Positions 26,717 to 41,229 are shown, counted from the stretch's first letter. The stretch is 64,000 nucleotides of DNA from Octopus vulgaris (GCA_951406725.2 OX597815.1:22196001-22260000), one strand, 5' to 3'. Notes: a model not told the origin generated them from the letters alone. A program made the numbers and translations.

Positions 26717-29700
26717 TTATATATATATATTTATATATATATATAAATATATTTATATATATATATTTATTTATCTATATATATTTATTTATATATATAT
26801 TTATTTATCTATATATATTTATTTATATATATATTTATTTATCTATATATATTTATTTATATATATATCTATATATATACTTATATATATATTTATTTAT
26901 CTGTATATCTCTGTGTATATACATATATATTTATATCTCTATATATACGTATATATATGTATATTTTTAGATTTATATATATATATATATATACATATAT
27001 ATATGTATATATATATATTTATATATACACACATATATATGTATATATATATATATATGTACGTTTATATATTTTTATATATATATTTATGTATGTATGT
27101 ATGTGCATAGATATATGTGTGTGTTTGTATGTTTGTGTGTGTGTTTGATTGTGTATCTGTGTCTGTTTATACATGTGTGCGCGATTGTGTCCTTGTACAT
27201 ATGTATATGTGTACGTATATTTATTAGTATAAGTTTGTGTATGTTTGCTGAAGCGAGTTTATGCTTATTAATATTTATATATTTATTCGTATAAATATTG
27301 GCAAATTTATATTTTTCCCATCAAGTTAGTAGCTGTGTCATTATCAGTATTGAACTTTTATGTATGTACGTTTGGAACAGTGTCAAAGATCCTCACGATG
27401 CATCTATATTCTTGTGTTCGATACGAATGATCAATAGCGAAAAGAAGGCCATTCTTATTTCGAACATGAAGTTTCTACTCCCGCCTACAAAGGCTCTCCA
27501 TTGCTACTTGTTCTTCAGTGGAAAATATGCTACAAATTTGATTATTTGATTAAAATTAATATTGGCTTCGAGGTTGAAGAAAATTTCAGAAAATTTATTT
27601 ATATTTTAGAGCATTCAGAAGTTCTCGAATTCAAATTCTCTCATTCACAAAACTCATATTCCGCAGAGATCAGCTGCAATGATAAGGTAGCCTCTAAGGT
27701 GTTGAACAACTACTCAAACTATTACAAGTGTATGAGGTTGTTAAAATAATGGCCTTCTCGACCAGTTTCCAATTTTACTGCATGATCAGTTTCACTGTAC
27801 CAGTAATTTGCCCCTCTGTAGTCAGATTACCATTTCTCCATAAATGTATTTTTGAAAATTGTTTACTTGAAATCTTTATTATATAAGTAAGGACTCGTAG
27901 AAATCTGAAATCTAAAAGACGAAGTGTTTTTTCATTTGGAATGTTGATACTTTATAGAAATAAATCAATGGACCTTAGCTGCATGTAATTTATGCAGACA
28001 CTCATAAATCCACATGTATATTCATGAACATTTGTTTTGAAATGCATTATTGTAAAGATCCAATGTACCAGAGATAAATACTTAGCACCTATCGTTTATT
28101 AGAAACTAGCTGTATGTACCCGAGTAAATAAACAAAAGTAAAAAAAAATATAATAAACAAAAATCATTAACAACTTGATCCAAGTCATAGCATGGAAATA
28201 TGCAGTATACGATACCCGGAGGACAGAGCCTTTGTAATGTGTAGAACACACAGATGGACGAACAGCGGTCGTCAAGGATGCATTTTGTTAACAAATATCT
28301 CATTGCTTATCAATATTACTGAACAAAATATAACTTGGTTAATTGAAGCAAATTGAAAACCATTAACTAATTAAAACAAAAACACTCATAATGATTACGA
28401 ATATCTCTAATTTTTAACGTACGATTCATAAATAATTAAAATCAACAGGAAAGTAGGTAACTAACATATCTCTTAGCGATTAAAACATTGAATTAACATT
28501 GATCGAAGCTTCGACTTTTTCGTATTTACAGTCACGAACTTATTCTTGTGATGGATAATAAAGATAAGTGGTCAACAAATAGAGACGTTATGTAAATATA
28601 TATGATACATTAGCAATAATAAATGTTTTATAATTTGAAAAAACAAATTTCACTTAGACAATTCAATAAGACAAAAATTAATTTTAAGTTATTGAAACTT
28701 AAATATCATTCAGATCACTCCTTAAACTTTTGAATTTGATTTTGTAGAATTCCTGTTTTAAAGTAAAAAATAAGTATGCATTTATAATTCGATTTGAAAA
28801 TTGACCAAAATCATCTCATGGCTCCAATCTTGAAATAATTAGTCTAAACTAGTCTGATCTATATTAGACAATTCTATTTTCCCTGTGGAAAAAATATTGA
28901 AATAAATTTTTTTTTAATTAAATATTAAGAAACTAATCGGCAAATCAACATAAGGGAGTTTATGAGTGTGTGGTATTGATAGCGCATCAATTATCATTCT
29001 AATAAGAGGCACAGTTGCTGGTATAGGAACTGGGCCCGGTGAAAGTATTCTGAAAAGTGTTCCAAAAATTTAAACATGCTGCAAAACATCTGAAAGTAAA
29101 TCTGTAAAAAAAGTGTAATGGCTTCCAAATAACTTCTAAAGAAAAGGTGGCATTTGAAATATTTGCGTCAAAGAAAGAGTAAAAGAAAAAGAACAATGGC
29201 ATACTGTTGGAATATGTATTTAAACATTTGACAGCAAAGAGATGTATAAAAGCAGAGAAAGATGAATAACAGAGACACGGGTTATGAAGAAGAAGAAGAA
29301 GAAGAAGAAGAAGAGAGAGAGAGAGAGAGAGAAGACAACAGAGACGGATGTTAGCGGATGATTCAAATCTAAATGTAACAATAAGATTAGTTGCTTGTCT
29401 TCTGTGATTTGACAAACTGTATATTGCTGATATATTAAGATCATTGAAACGGAAAATAAGTGCATTTACAATTTTGAGTTTGAACAGAATACTTTCTAAT
29501 CAGAATATTGTGTTTTCTGGATTATTTTGAGATAGCAAAGGTGGAGAATTACCTAATGAATGAAGCTGAAATGTGACAAATGTTTAGCGGTTTTCAAATG
29601 CAATTTTCCTATTAATTATGAAGAAATATTCAACTATCGCCCTCCTAACAGCATTTCCGTAGATGTTCAAACCGTCGAAATCGTAATTTTGAACATCAAA

Positions 29701-30344
29701 CATTTAGTTAGATAACTTACGTTTAAAGTTCAAATCTGACTTGGGTTGACTCTGAATTTCATTTGGTTGAAATCGACATTTCACTTTCACAAAATGTGTG
29801 CCCTTGCGCCTATGTAAGAACTAATTATTATTATTGTTATTGTTATTATTGTTGTTGTAGTTCCTGTTGTTGTTATAGTTGTTGTAAGAAATATATTTTT
29901 AATAAACACTGACAGAAAACTTAATCTTTTAAAAATAAACCAGTGTCTGTTTTTATACATATTCTCTTCAGTTCGGTCACATCGTCAATACGTTTTTATA
30001 AAAAGACATCAAATATTAGACGATCTCATTTAATTTGATTTAAATAATATAAAACTGTTAAGCATATACGAAAGAATTATCCTAATAAAGTTCTAAGGAA
30101 ATATAATTTTTCCGTTATAAACATTTATCACAAAAAGAAATTCAACTTCAAAATATAGCTACATTTTTGTGCAGTCGATACATTTAATTTTTACACACAC
30201 ACACCACAATTTTATACACACATACACACACACACACACACGCATATACAAACACACGAAAACACACTCGCACACATACGTAAGCACACGCCCACGAATG
30301 CATTTTGATATGTTTGGATAGTTGGAAAACGTTTCTCGAGATTA

Positions 30345-30375
<31 letters not shown>

Positions 30376-30921
30376 ATGTATGTGTATGTGTACGTGTGCG
30401 TGTGCGTGAGTGTGTGTGTGAATGTTTTCAAGACATTATCGTTTATATAAGTTCAATTAAAGGGACATACACGCACGCGCGCACAGGCACACACATACAA
30501 ACACGCACACACACACACACACACGCCACCCCTTCCCCCCACACACATACACGAAAGTCAAGCACCATACCGAAATAAGTAGAGTTTGACATATACTGTA
30601 CATAGATTTAATCACTTGTACGACAGAAATATTAATACATACATTTTTATACATACATTTTTATAAAACCTAAACAAACACATCATAGATTATACATCAA
30701 TATGTATACAATGACTCGATTATTTCAGAAGCTGTTTGTATACAGAGATACATGGATAAGTGCACAAGTTGAATGCATTGCTAGCTTTTCCTTTTTCCTT
30801 TTAAAAGAGTTTAGATATGTCCACAAATACAGCAACATTTCCATATTTACACATACATATATACATACATACGTGCATACATACATACATACATACATAC
30901 ATACATACATACATACATACA

Positions 30922-30952
<31 letters not shown>

Positions 30953-31364
30953 TATATATATATATATATTTGATGCGACAGCAACACAGGGTGATTAATA
31001 TCGAACGTGGGTCGTTGACGGCACGTTAGAGTGTCTCAAGTGCCGTTACTGACCCAACTTCAAAGTCACATTTGTCTTGCAGTTCTGCCTAATGAAATAT
31101 TTGGATTCTACGCCTGTACTGAGTTCATTTTCGGGGAAGAGTGAACTTTACTTGTCATTTTGTATTTTTTGAAACACTAACTTCATATTTATATTATATA
31201 ACATATTATAACATACATACGTATATAATTATACATATATATATATGTATTATATATGTATTATATATATATATGATATATATATGTATTGTATACATAT
31301 ATTATACATATATTTTATACATATATATACATATATATATAATATATGTATGGATATATATATC

Positions 31365-31417
<53 letters not shown>

Positions 31418-31959
31418 ATGTGTGTTTGTGTGTACATATACATACATATATACATGCAAACATGCATAGACAATCACTGACTAGCAAACGTGTACCACAC
31501 GCACACACGCACGCCCCCACACATATATAATCACACACACACACACATTCACACGCAAGCACACGGATGTACGCTCATTTGTGTTGGACGAATGAGAGAG
31601 GACTCTCTTTGGAGAGGTTATGCTTTTTGAAATCCAAAACTTGGTTTTTTTCAGTTTTCACACATACACACACATACACACACAAACACACACACACACA
31701 CACGTTAGTGACGAACTGGAAAATGAGTTCTCAGCACCGCAGGGATGGATAAATAATTTCACCTCATAGAATTCTCTGTTCTAATTACTATAGTTATGCT
31801 GCGGACATATCCGCAGATTTTTCAATCGGTGTTTGAATAATCTATGCCGACTCAGCTAGTGTTAATATGGTGGCGGCATCAAACAAAATTTAAGCTTCGA
31901 TTGAATGAGAGTCTTCACATTTATGTATGCATATACGCATGTAGTCACCTTTTCATTCG

Positions 31960-32345
31960 TGGAGGCGCAATGGCCCAGTGGTTAGGGCAGCGGACTCGCG
32001 GTCATAGAATCGCGGTTTCGATTCCCAGACCAGGCGTTGTGAGTGTTTATTGAGCGAAAACACATAAAGCTCCACGATGCTCCGGCAGGGGATGGTGGTG
32101 ATCCCTGCTGTACTCTTTCACCACAACTTTCTCTCACTCTTTCTTCCTGTTTCTGTTGTACCTTGTATTTCAAAGGGCCGGCCTTGTCACTCTCTGTGTC
32201 ACGCTGAATATCCCCGAGAACTACGTTAAGGGCACACGTGTCTGTGGAGTGCTCAGCCACTTACACGTTAATTTCACGAGCAGGCTGTTCCGTTGATTCG
32301 GATCAACCGGAACCCTCGTCGTCGTAACCGACGGAGTGCTTCCAT
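31960..32345 (+). mobile_element. SINE family B (tail type 1)
   Basis: Near-identical to 23755-24140. Confidence 0.9.
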
Positions 32346-32734
32346 CCATCTTTCCATTCACTTGCATATAAATGTCATCCGTCAGACATGTTAGTCAAAC
32401 TGAAACTTTTGCTAATATGTCTGAGGGATGACATAATCGACTGAATTTGGACGTATTCTTTTAGTGGACCCCATACACCATATGCTATTTACACTGCAAT
32501 CATACATGTGTTTAGGCACACAAATATGCGCAGATACATCTAAGTGATACACAATCAAACATATGCATGTTTGACTGTGTTATGTTTGAATGTGATTAAA
32601 TGTAATCTATGCAACAAATATGAATATAGTTTCCCTAAGATCACATTGTATCATTTTCTAGGTTTATACATATTTATTTTTATATATATACATTATATAC
32701 ATATTCATTATATATATATATGTATGTATATATA

Positions 32735-32777
<43 letters not shown>

Positions 32778-32862
32778 GTATATATATGTGTGTGTGTGTA
32801 TGTTTGTATGTATGTGTGCATGTGTGTGTACATGCAAACACACATATGTATGAATGTATGAT

Positions 32863-32895
<33 letters not shown>

Positions 32896-32897
32896 CG

Positions 32898-32994
<97 letters not shown>

Positions 32995-33770
32995 GCATAA
33001 AATTCCTGCAAACTGGAATATCTCATTTTTGTGAGTTTAAGCGATATATTTTTGAGTGGAACACACGAAGATAACTTCTGTTATTTGCTGATCTCATTTA
33101 AATCTGATATTGACTATAATTCTTTAAATAAAAGAAGTTTAGTGTAACATATATCTTTCAAGTCAGAATAAATGAATAGTATTCTAATTTTTTTATAATA
33201 AAAGGAAAAATATATTAAAAGCTCTCGGATGTGAAAACGTATTTAGTGGTGGAAGGATTGGTGAAAATTAGTGAAAATGGATTAGTTCCCAACTTAGCGT
33301 TTTCCCACTCTGTTTTGAATGTTGCGAACTGTGCAACATATAGTGGACAACTGGAAAAATCCCTACATCTTTGGGTAGAATGCCTCACAGTATTTGCTCT
33401 GACATTCTACGATTCGGTTTCAAATCCTCTTGGAATCAACTTTGCTTTCTATGTTTTGGGATCAATAAAAATGTATCAATCCAGGGCTATGTATATGAGG
33501 AAGTGTTTGAGGGTCAGCTGAGAAACCTTTCGGTATCTGCCCCAGCTTTTGTGTTCAAACATTGGCGCCAATCCGCATCAGCTCAAGTCGGCAGCTTTTC
33601 CACGAACAAACAACTATACTGTGAAGTGAGGAGACTAATTTACATGTGCAGCTGCCAGTTTTTCACAAAATATATTTCCTAGGTTCCCATATATACACGT
33701 GCAGATGCAAGGTCAGCACAGATCGATGGAGGGCTTATAATGCGAAATAAGTGTAGCATAATCTGTCTCC

Positions 33771-33854
<84 letters not shown>

Positions 33855-33864
33855 ATGAATATAT

Positions 33865-34681
33865 ACATCTGCAACTAGCATTGGACGCTGTATACAGGTG
33901 GGCTGAAAAGGATAACACGCATTTTAATTCTGAAGAATTCCAGACCCTGTGCTACCTGCACATGAAGCTGAATGAAGATACTGGCCCAGGAGGAATTTCA
34001 ATCCCTGAATCAAAACAGTGAGCAATTTGGGCATTGACATGGGTAATGATGCATCTTTTCAGGTGAATATTACTGAGTGGCTGGCCAGATGGATTCTTAG
34101 AAGTTTTAGAATGAGAGAACAGGAAACTGTGAGATTTGTCCTCAACCGTTTAAATTACTGTTCCAATCTTTGATCACCACGCAGTTTAAAATTTAGAGCG
34201 GAACTCGAATCAATCTATCAATCAATCAACTACTGGGAGAGGCTAGAACGAAAATGGGACATATATGTAGTAGTATGCATTTGGAAAATCCTGTAAGGGC
34301 CTGTACCAAACTTTGGCATTGAAAGTTTCACAAAAAGCAGAACAGGGCTTCATTACATAGTGTCAACGATCCCTAGATTGCATTACATACTGCGACATGC
34401 AAGACCACATACTGCAAAAGGTTTAGTTTCAAGGGCCCACAGCTCTTCTATATCCTCCCAACATTGGGATGGATCTAGGCATCTTCAAAGCAAATCTAAA
34501 TCTCCTCCTATCTAGAGTTTCGGCTGAACCTATCTCGCGGCAGGAAACGCAGATGAATGCAGCAACATCAATCTCCCACATTCACCAAATGGCACATATC
34601 AGAAGAGGTTTCAAGTAGTGAAAGTGTTGCAAAGCTAACACCGCTGCTCCAGCATGGCTACAGCTCTCAAACTGAAACTAG
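33865..34681 (+). mobile_element. Decayed CR1-group LINE 3' part
   Basis: LQLALDAVYRWAEKDNTHFNSEEFQ, then YWERL and FKGPQLF-like remnants. Ends in GCTCCAGCATGGCTACAGC..CTGAAACTAG. Confidence 0.75.
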
Positions 34682-34758
34682 TAACATATATATATATATG
34701 TATATATATATGTATATATATATGTATATATATATGTATATATATATGTATATATATA

Positions 34759-34808
<50 letters not shown>

Positions 34809-34881
34809 GATATATATATATGTATGTAGATATATATATATATATGTATGTATATATATATATATTTACATATATATATAC

Positions 34882-34941
<60 letters not shown>

Positions 34942-34988
34942 ATATATATATGTGTGTATATATATATATGTATATATGTATATATATG

Positions 34989-35093
<105 letters not shown>

Positions 35094-35589
35094 CGTCTCA
35101 AATTCAAGCTGAAGAAGACAAACTTGGCAGTTCAGACATAATTCCTTTAAGTTCTTCTGTTGATCAATGAGCAACAACAGGACTCATAGATTTATCTTTT
35201 TGAGCCAGTACGTACACGAATAATCATGCAGTATCCTCGGTTTGTGTTCCAATCTCGATATCCCGATGCATTCCAATTAACTGAAATCGTATATATGTAT
35301 GTATGTATGCATTTATGTAAGTAAGTATGTATGCATATACGTATGCAAGAATACATGTATTAAAGTATGAATGCGTTACGCGCATATATAATATAAATCA
35401 TATGAGTGTGCTTGTGCGTGTGTTTTGTGTATATATATGTGTATGTGTAAACATGCAACATGTGTACACACACAGACATACACATCTGGGGTAGTGCGCT
35501 TGTTATGGCTGTTTTAATCATGTAATTTCATAACTGATTGTAAGCAAATATTATAGACACATTGTGGTGGATGATCAAACACATCAATA

Positions 35590-36090
35590 TACACATACAT
35601 ACATACGTACATACATACATACATACATACATACATACATACATACATACATACGTACATACATACATACATACATACATACATGCATACATACATACAT
35701 ACATACATACATACATACATGCATGCATACACACTCACACATACACACATAAATACATACGTGCATACATACAAACATACATACATACATACATGCATAC
35801 ATACATACATACATGCATGCATACACACATAAATACATACATACATACATACATACATACATACATACATACATACATACATACATACATACATACATAC
35901 ATACATACATACATACATACATGCATGCATACACACTCACACATACACACATAAATACATACGTGCATACATACAAACATACATACATACATACATGCAT
36001 ACATACATACATACATGCATGCATACACACATAAATACATACATACATACATACATACATACATACATACATAAACACATGAACACACAC
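35590..36090. repeat. (TACA)n compound repeat with an internal ~200-bp higher-order duplication
   Basis: The block CATGCATGCATACACACTCACACATACACACATAAATACATACGTGCATAC recurs at ~35718 and ~35920. Confidence 0.9.
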
Positions 36091-36182
36091 ACACACGCAC
36101 ATACAAATACGTATAGGGAGGTGCGCTTGTTATGCTTGTTTGTTTTATATAATTATATACATGATTGTACACGAGTTTCACT

Positions 36183-36427
36183 CTAGCAAATATTATAGAC
36201 ACATTGTGGTGGATGATCAAATAAATCTCCATCTTTTTGGAATTCTTCGAAAGACAAATCTTGCAGGTGACACATGCTATGGCGCACTTTCCCATTTTCT
36301 AGGCTTGCACGACACAGCAATGGCTGCTCGGAAATTTCAGGGGCAGATAACCGAGCAGTCTTTTGCTGAAAATATAAACTATTTTGGACGACAGCAGCTG
36401 GGCGCATATCTCCTGTCTCCTCTGAAA
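36183..36427 (-). CDS. Ret: Ret-like RTK, terminal coding exon with stop codon
   Basis: Polypyrimidine acceptor ttttttctttcag. The phase-1 join gives VSEETGDMRPAAVVQNSLYFQQ...FDHPPQCVYNIC*. NSLY is an NxxY motif comparable to RET NKLY (Y1062). Confidence 0.85.
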
Positions 36428-37121
36428 CTGAAAGAAAAAAAAACACGTGTTAAGTGTCATAATCATTACAATTCTTATTAAATAATATTTAATTGTTCAT
36501 AATGCAATTAATTAGAATGCATGCGCTATCAAAAATGGTAGTTATTTTAAGCAGCATCTTTATGAGGGATTTCCTAATATGCACCGGTATTTTGATTCTT
36601 ATAAGATTCCTGTTCTTTCGTAATAGCTTTTACGTACCACACCCAAAAATAGCGGAATTTAGAAGAAAAGTTTAGATGTGCAATGAAAGAAAAGAAAATA
36701 ATAGATTATTCAATTTTCTTGGTTTAATATAAGTTTAAAGATCACTCAAAATATTTCCCGTTAAGAATTACCTCCCTTAGACTTTTTTTTAAATATATGT
36801 TCTACAAAATCGAGTTGCATATTGCTTTAAGTTGATGGATGTCGATATATATGTAAATTTGCGCATTGTATGTTGTATAATCTATTTTTCACGCTCGTGA
36901 GGTGGCTGAGAAAAAATAGTGCAACGGAGCATTCTACATACTACATACAAATATGCTAGGTTCTCCTATATATAATGATTTGGGTTGGATAATGTCGATC
37001 AACCGAAATTATCAAAGCAATTAGTAGTTAGATACTTCCTATAGGAGAGTTTCAAAGCCAAAGCAACAAGCAAGGGAGGTAATTAAATGAATCAATACTT
37101 TTGGATAGTATAACCAACATG

Positions 37122-37427
37122 TGGAGGCGCAATGGCCCAGTGGTTAGGGCAGCGGAATCGCTGTCGTAGGATCGCAGTTTCGATTCCCAGACCGGGCGTT
37201 GTGAGTGTTTATTGAGCGAAAACACCTAAAAGCTCCACAAGGCTCCGGCAGGGGGTGGTGATCCCTGCTGTACTCTTTCACCATTCTTTCTCCCGCTCTT
37301 TCTACTGTTGGTCTGCTCGCTTAGCCAGCGGGGTGGCGTCATTCGAAGGCTAAAACAATGCGAACGCATTGTGACCAGCGATATGTAACAACATCTGATG
37401 GACTGGTCAGTCACGTGATCACGTGAT
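37122..37427 (+). mobile_element. SINE family B (tail type 2)
   Basis: Same head as 23755-24140 but a different 3' half, shared with 3372-3668. Confidence 0.85.
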
Positions 37428-37639
37428 AACCAACATAGTGGACCTGGTTGTGTAACTAACTGGTGTAAACAACAGAGATGTCGCAGCGAAGTATATCCTC
37501 TGTTGGATTATCTCCTGTGAATTTTGTTCTAAGCTTGAAACAGCTCATAAAAGATGTTTTTGTCCACTACTTGCTAATATCATCTCCTGTATTTAAACGC
37601 ATTATTCATATGTATACGACAAAAGTTTCCTGATTCAAA

Positions 37640-38060
37640 TACCTATTTCTTTACAACCCACAAGGGGCTAAACACAGAGAGGACAAACAAGGACAGACAG
37701 ACGGATTAAGTCGATTATATCGACCCCAGTGCGTAACTGGTACTTATTTAATCGACCCTTAAAGGATGAAAGGCAAAGTCGACCTCGGCGGAATTTGAAC
37801 TCAAAACGTAACAGCAGACGAAATACCTATTTCATTACTACCCACAAGGGGCTAAACACAGAGAGGACAAACATGGACAGACAAACGGATTAAGTCGATT
37901 ATATCGACCCCAGTGCGTAACTGGTACTTATTTAATCGACCCTGAAAGGATGAAAGGCAAAGTCGACCTCGACGGAATTTGAACTCAGAACGTAACGGCA
38001 GACGAAATACCGCTAAGCATTTCGCCCGGAGTGCTAACGTTTCATCCAGCTCACCGCCTT
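37640..38060 (-). mobile_element. SINE family D with a tandemly duplicated 3' part
   Basis: Two ~180-bp units followed by a single head. Confidence 0.85.
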
Positions 38061-38758
38061 TCCTGATTCAAATACCGTGAAAGGAATAAAAAGTAGTTGA
38101 CAGTGTTTTAAGTTATTCTCGTTTCACTTTTTAAATGTCTGTTTGAAATCCAAAGGTTCCGATTTGGCTGACTTATTTCGTAATAATTTGAATTCATGGA
38201 ATTTAGCGACTATAAAGAATTTTTCAAAAGAAAATGAGAATTAGTTTGGCCTGAATACTTTTGATATTCCAAAATATGTTATTTCTCTGTCAGTTCCTTA
38301 CCAAGCAACTATATCAGTATATATGTTCAAGATACGAACAGTGATGAGCTAGTTTTGTTTAAATTGAATGCAGTTATGCACTTAGATTTGTCTTTCTAGA
38401 TCATTTAGTTTAATCATTTCCGTTACCTAATATTTTGAAAATAGCTATAACATCTTCGCAAATTTTAATTTTAAAGAGATATAGTCTCTTATCTAACCAG
38501 AGAACAATTTAAACTAAATTTGTTCAATGTTACTAAACCAAAGCAAAACATTCACTGGGTGCGATGTGTAATGTCCCAGGAATATTGTAATAGATGCAGT
38601 TACAGTTTCCAATAAAACTATAAAATTGTAACCACGTGACCGGTTTTAATAGACGTGATTTTATTAAATGTAATTGAAAAAATAATACATGTCTCATAAA
38701 GCGATGAATATAATAAGGGTTTCAAAAATTAATAAAAATCTGAAACACATTTTCTTAC

Positions 38759-38825
38759 CTCCCGTAGTTATGGCGCTTTCCACGGAATTAGATTTTCCTC
38801 TGGAACTTTCGAGATCGAGGTAGCC
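38759..38825 (-). CDS. Ret: Ret-like RTK, C-tail exon with YLDL motif
   Basis: Boundaries are tttctttgaaaag|GGC...GGAG|gtaaga. The 67 bp translate [22 protein letters not shown]. The phase-0 join gives QERT-GYLDL, equivalent to RET KRR-DYLDL (Y1015). Confidence 0.88.
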
Positions 38826-38867
38826 CTTTTCAAAGAAATATATGTATTATAAGATATATATATATAT

Positions 38868-38906
<39 letters not shown>

Positions 38907-38916
38907 CGCACACACG

Positions 38917-38977
<61 letters not shown>

Positions 38978-38981
<4 letters not shown>

Positions 38982-39323
38982 CGGAGCTGTACTTGCATAG
39001 CAAGTGACTTGATCTGAGATCGTGTGCTGGAACAAAAACAATTGCAGCGTGGAAGGTGTTTATAAGCCATTTAAGAAACATACAAAACCTGTTAGATTCA
39101 TTTCAACATTTAAATTTAATTTGTCAAAATATTTTCGTTGCTTTGAGACCGCGACCTGTTCACTGACAAAGCTTCTTGCTGCATCTCGAATCTTTGTCAG
39201 TGAACAGGTCGCGGTCTCAAAGCAACGAAAATATTTTGACAAATAAAATTTAAATGTTGAAGTGAATCTAACAGGTTTTGTGTGTTTCTTAAATGGCTTA
39301 TAAACACCTTCCACGCTGCAATT

Positions 39324-39327
<4 letters not shown>
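38978..39327. mobile_element. Fold-back element: 136-bp near-perfect inverted repeat between (TA)n tracts
   Basis: Arms at 39036-39171 and 39192-39327 with a 20-bp spacer. Confidence 0.85.
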
Positions 39328-39399
<72 letters not shown>

Positions 39400-39845
39400 A
39401 TGAGTTAAAGATTAAGGAACCATCTAAAGGATATTAGAATATCCAACATACTACTGGATGTGTACCTATGTATTTATAATCCATGGTATTCCATCCTGTG
39501 GTAAGTAAATACAGTCACTCTTAGGACTAGGCTGCGGTTAACGATGTAAACCATATAGAATGCTATGTTAAGCTCGTCCTCACTCATTGGTTACTTGGTA
39601 TACATAAAAAATTCTATAGTATCCGTAAAGGATATATAAATACATAAATGACAGAAAATAAGATCTTACTATCTCTGTTCCGAGGAAGCACTATGCATTT
39701 TAATATGTACAGGTGAACATGCGAATAGGTACTCCGAAAGAGTTATCAGATGCAACCACAGGATAAAATGCTCATTTTTGCAGTTTACTGAATACAATAC
39801 TTAATCAAAAAATTGATACAATAGTTAAATGTATGCAAGAAGTAT

Positions 39846-39931
<86 letters not shown>

Positions 39932-39961
39932 GCGTGTGTGTGTGTATGTATACATATATAT

Positions 39962-40036
<75 letters not shown>

Positions 40037-40349
40037 GGGAGAGTTTACGAAAAAAACAAAAGACGAAGACAGGTGGTGTACAAAACAAACAGGTGTATTA
40101 GTATAACGCTCAGGAGTAGAAAAAGTCTTTTACATTTCAAGCCTACGCGCTTCTACAGAAAGGGACACAGAAGAAAACAAGGAGAGAAAAAAATGTGTGT
40201 AGTGGTTAACGATCTATCATGGTGACAAGTGCCGGACTGGCATATATATATATAATTTCTGTCTCTTTTTATGGCGACAAAAGGGTTTATAAGGCTGCAA
40301 AAACAGAAGTGCTCAAGTGTAATTGAGACAGAGATAAAAAAAAAAAAAA

Positions 40350-40697
40350 ACCATTGATCAGAGAACAAACATCAAATTGGAGTCAACGACTTTATACATA
40401 ATACCACGCTTCCAAACATTTGATCATATATAGATATTACTATTGCCTTTCAACATATAAAAATACATATATAAAAGACACTGAAGGTAAAAAATATATG
40501 TGCAAATAGAAATACAGATATATGGAACGGTCTATCAAGAAGATAGATACAATCGGCTAAAAGTTCTAAAGCGTGTCATGCGACTAAAAATTTAAATAAA
40601 ATAAAATATTAATTGGTTAAAAAGATTTGTCCTACTCCCCTCATCTTATGTATAAAGTCGTTGACTCGAATATGATGTTTGTTCTCTTATCAATGTT
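40350..40697. repeat. Inverted repeat with ~50-bp arms
   Basis: 40350-40402 pairs with 40646-40697 (GAGTCAACGACTTTATACATAA / TTATGTATAAAGTCGTTGACTC). Confidence 0.75.
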
Positions 40698-40742
40698 TTA
40701 TATGTGTCTGTCTGTCTGTCTATATCTATATATCTATATCTA

Positions 40743-40843
<101 letters not shown>

Positions 40844-40844
40844 T

Positions 40845-41167
40845 AAGCTCGACGCTCTAACCACTGAGCCATGCGCCTTCACACAATCCCGAATCCCGGA
40901 CCGGGCTGCGTGTTGTGTTCTTGAGCAAGACACTTTATTTCACGTTGCTCCAGTTCACTCAGCTGTAGAAATGAGTTGCGACGTCACAGGTGCCAAGCTG
41001 TATCGACCTTTGTCTTTCCCTTGGATAACACAGGTGGCGTGGAGAGGGGAGGCCGGTATGCATGGGCGACTACTGGTCTTCCATAAAACAACCTTGCCCA
41101 GACTTGTGCCTCAGAGGGTAACTCTCTAGGTGCAAACCCATGGTCACTCATGACCGAAGGGGGTCTT

Positions 41168-41168
<1 letters not shown>
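40845..41168 (+). mobile_element. Family C-related SINE with an inverted 5' head
   Basis: 40845-40882 is the reverse complement of the tRNA head. The body from ~40890 is in forward orientation. Confidence 0.7.

Positions 41169-41229
<61 letters not shown>

Noticed and set aside
39675-39755. CCGAGGA...GTACTCC-GAAA possible hammerhead
   Set aside because: Stems cannot be paired consistently; too decayed to call.
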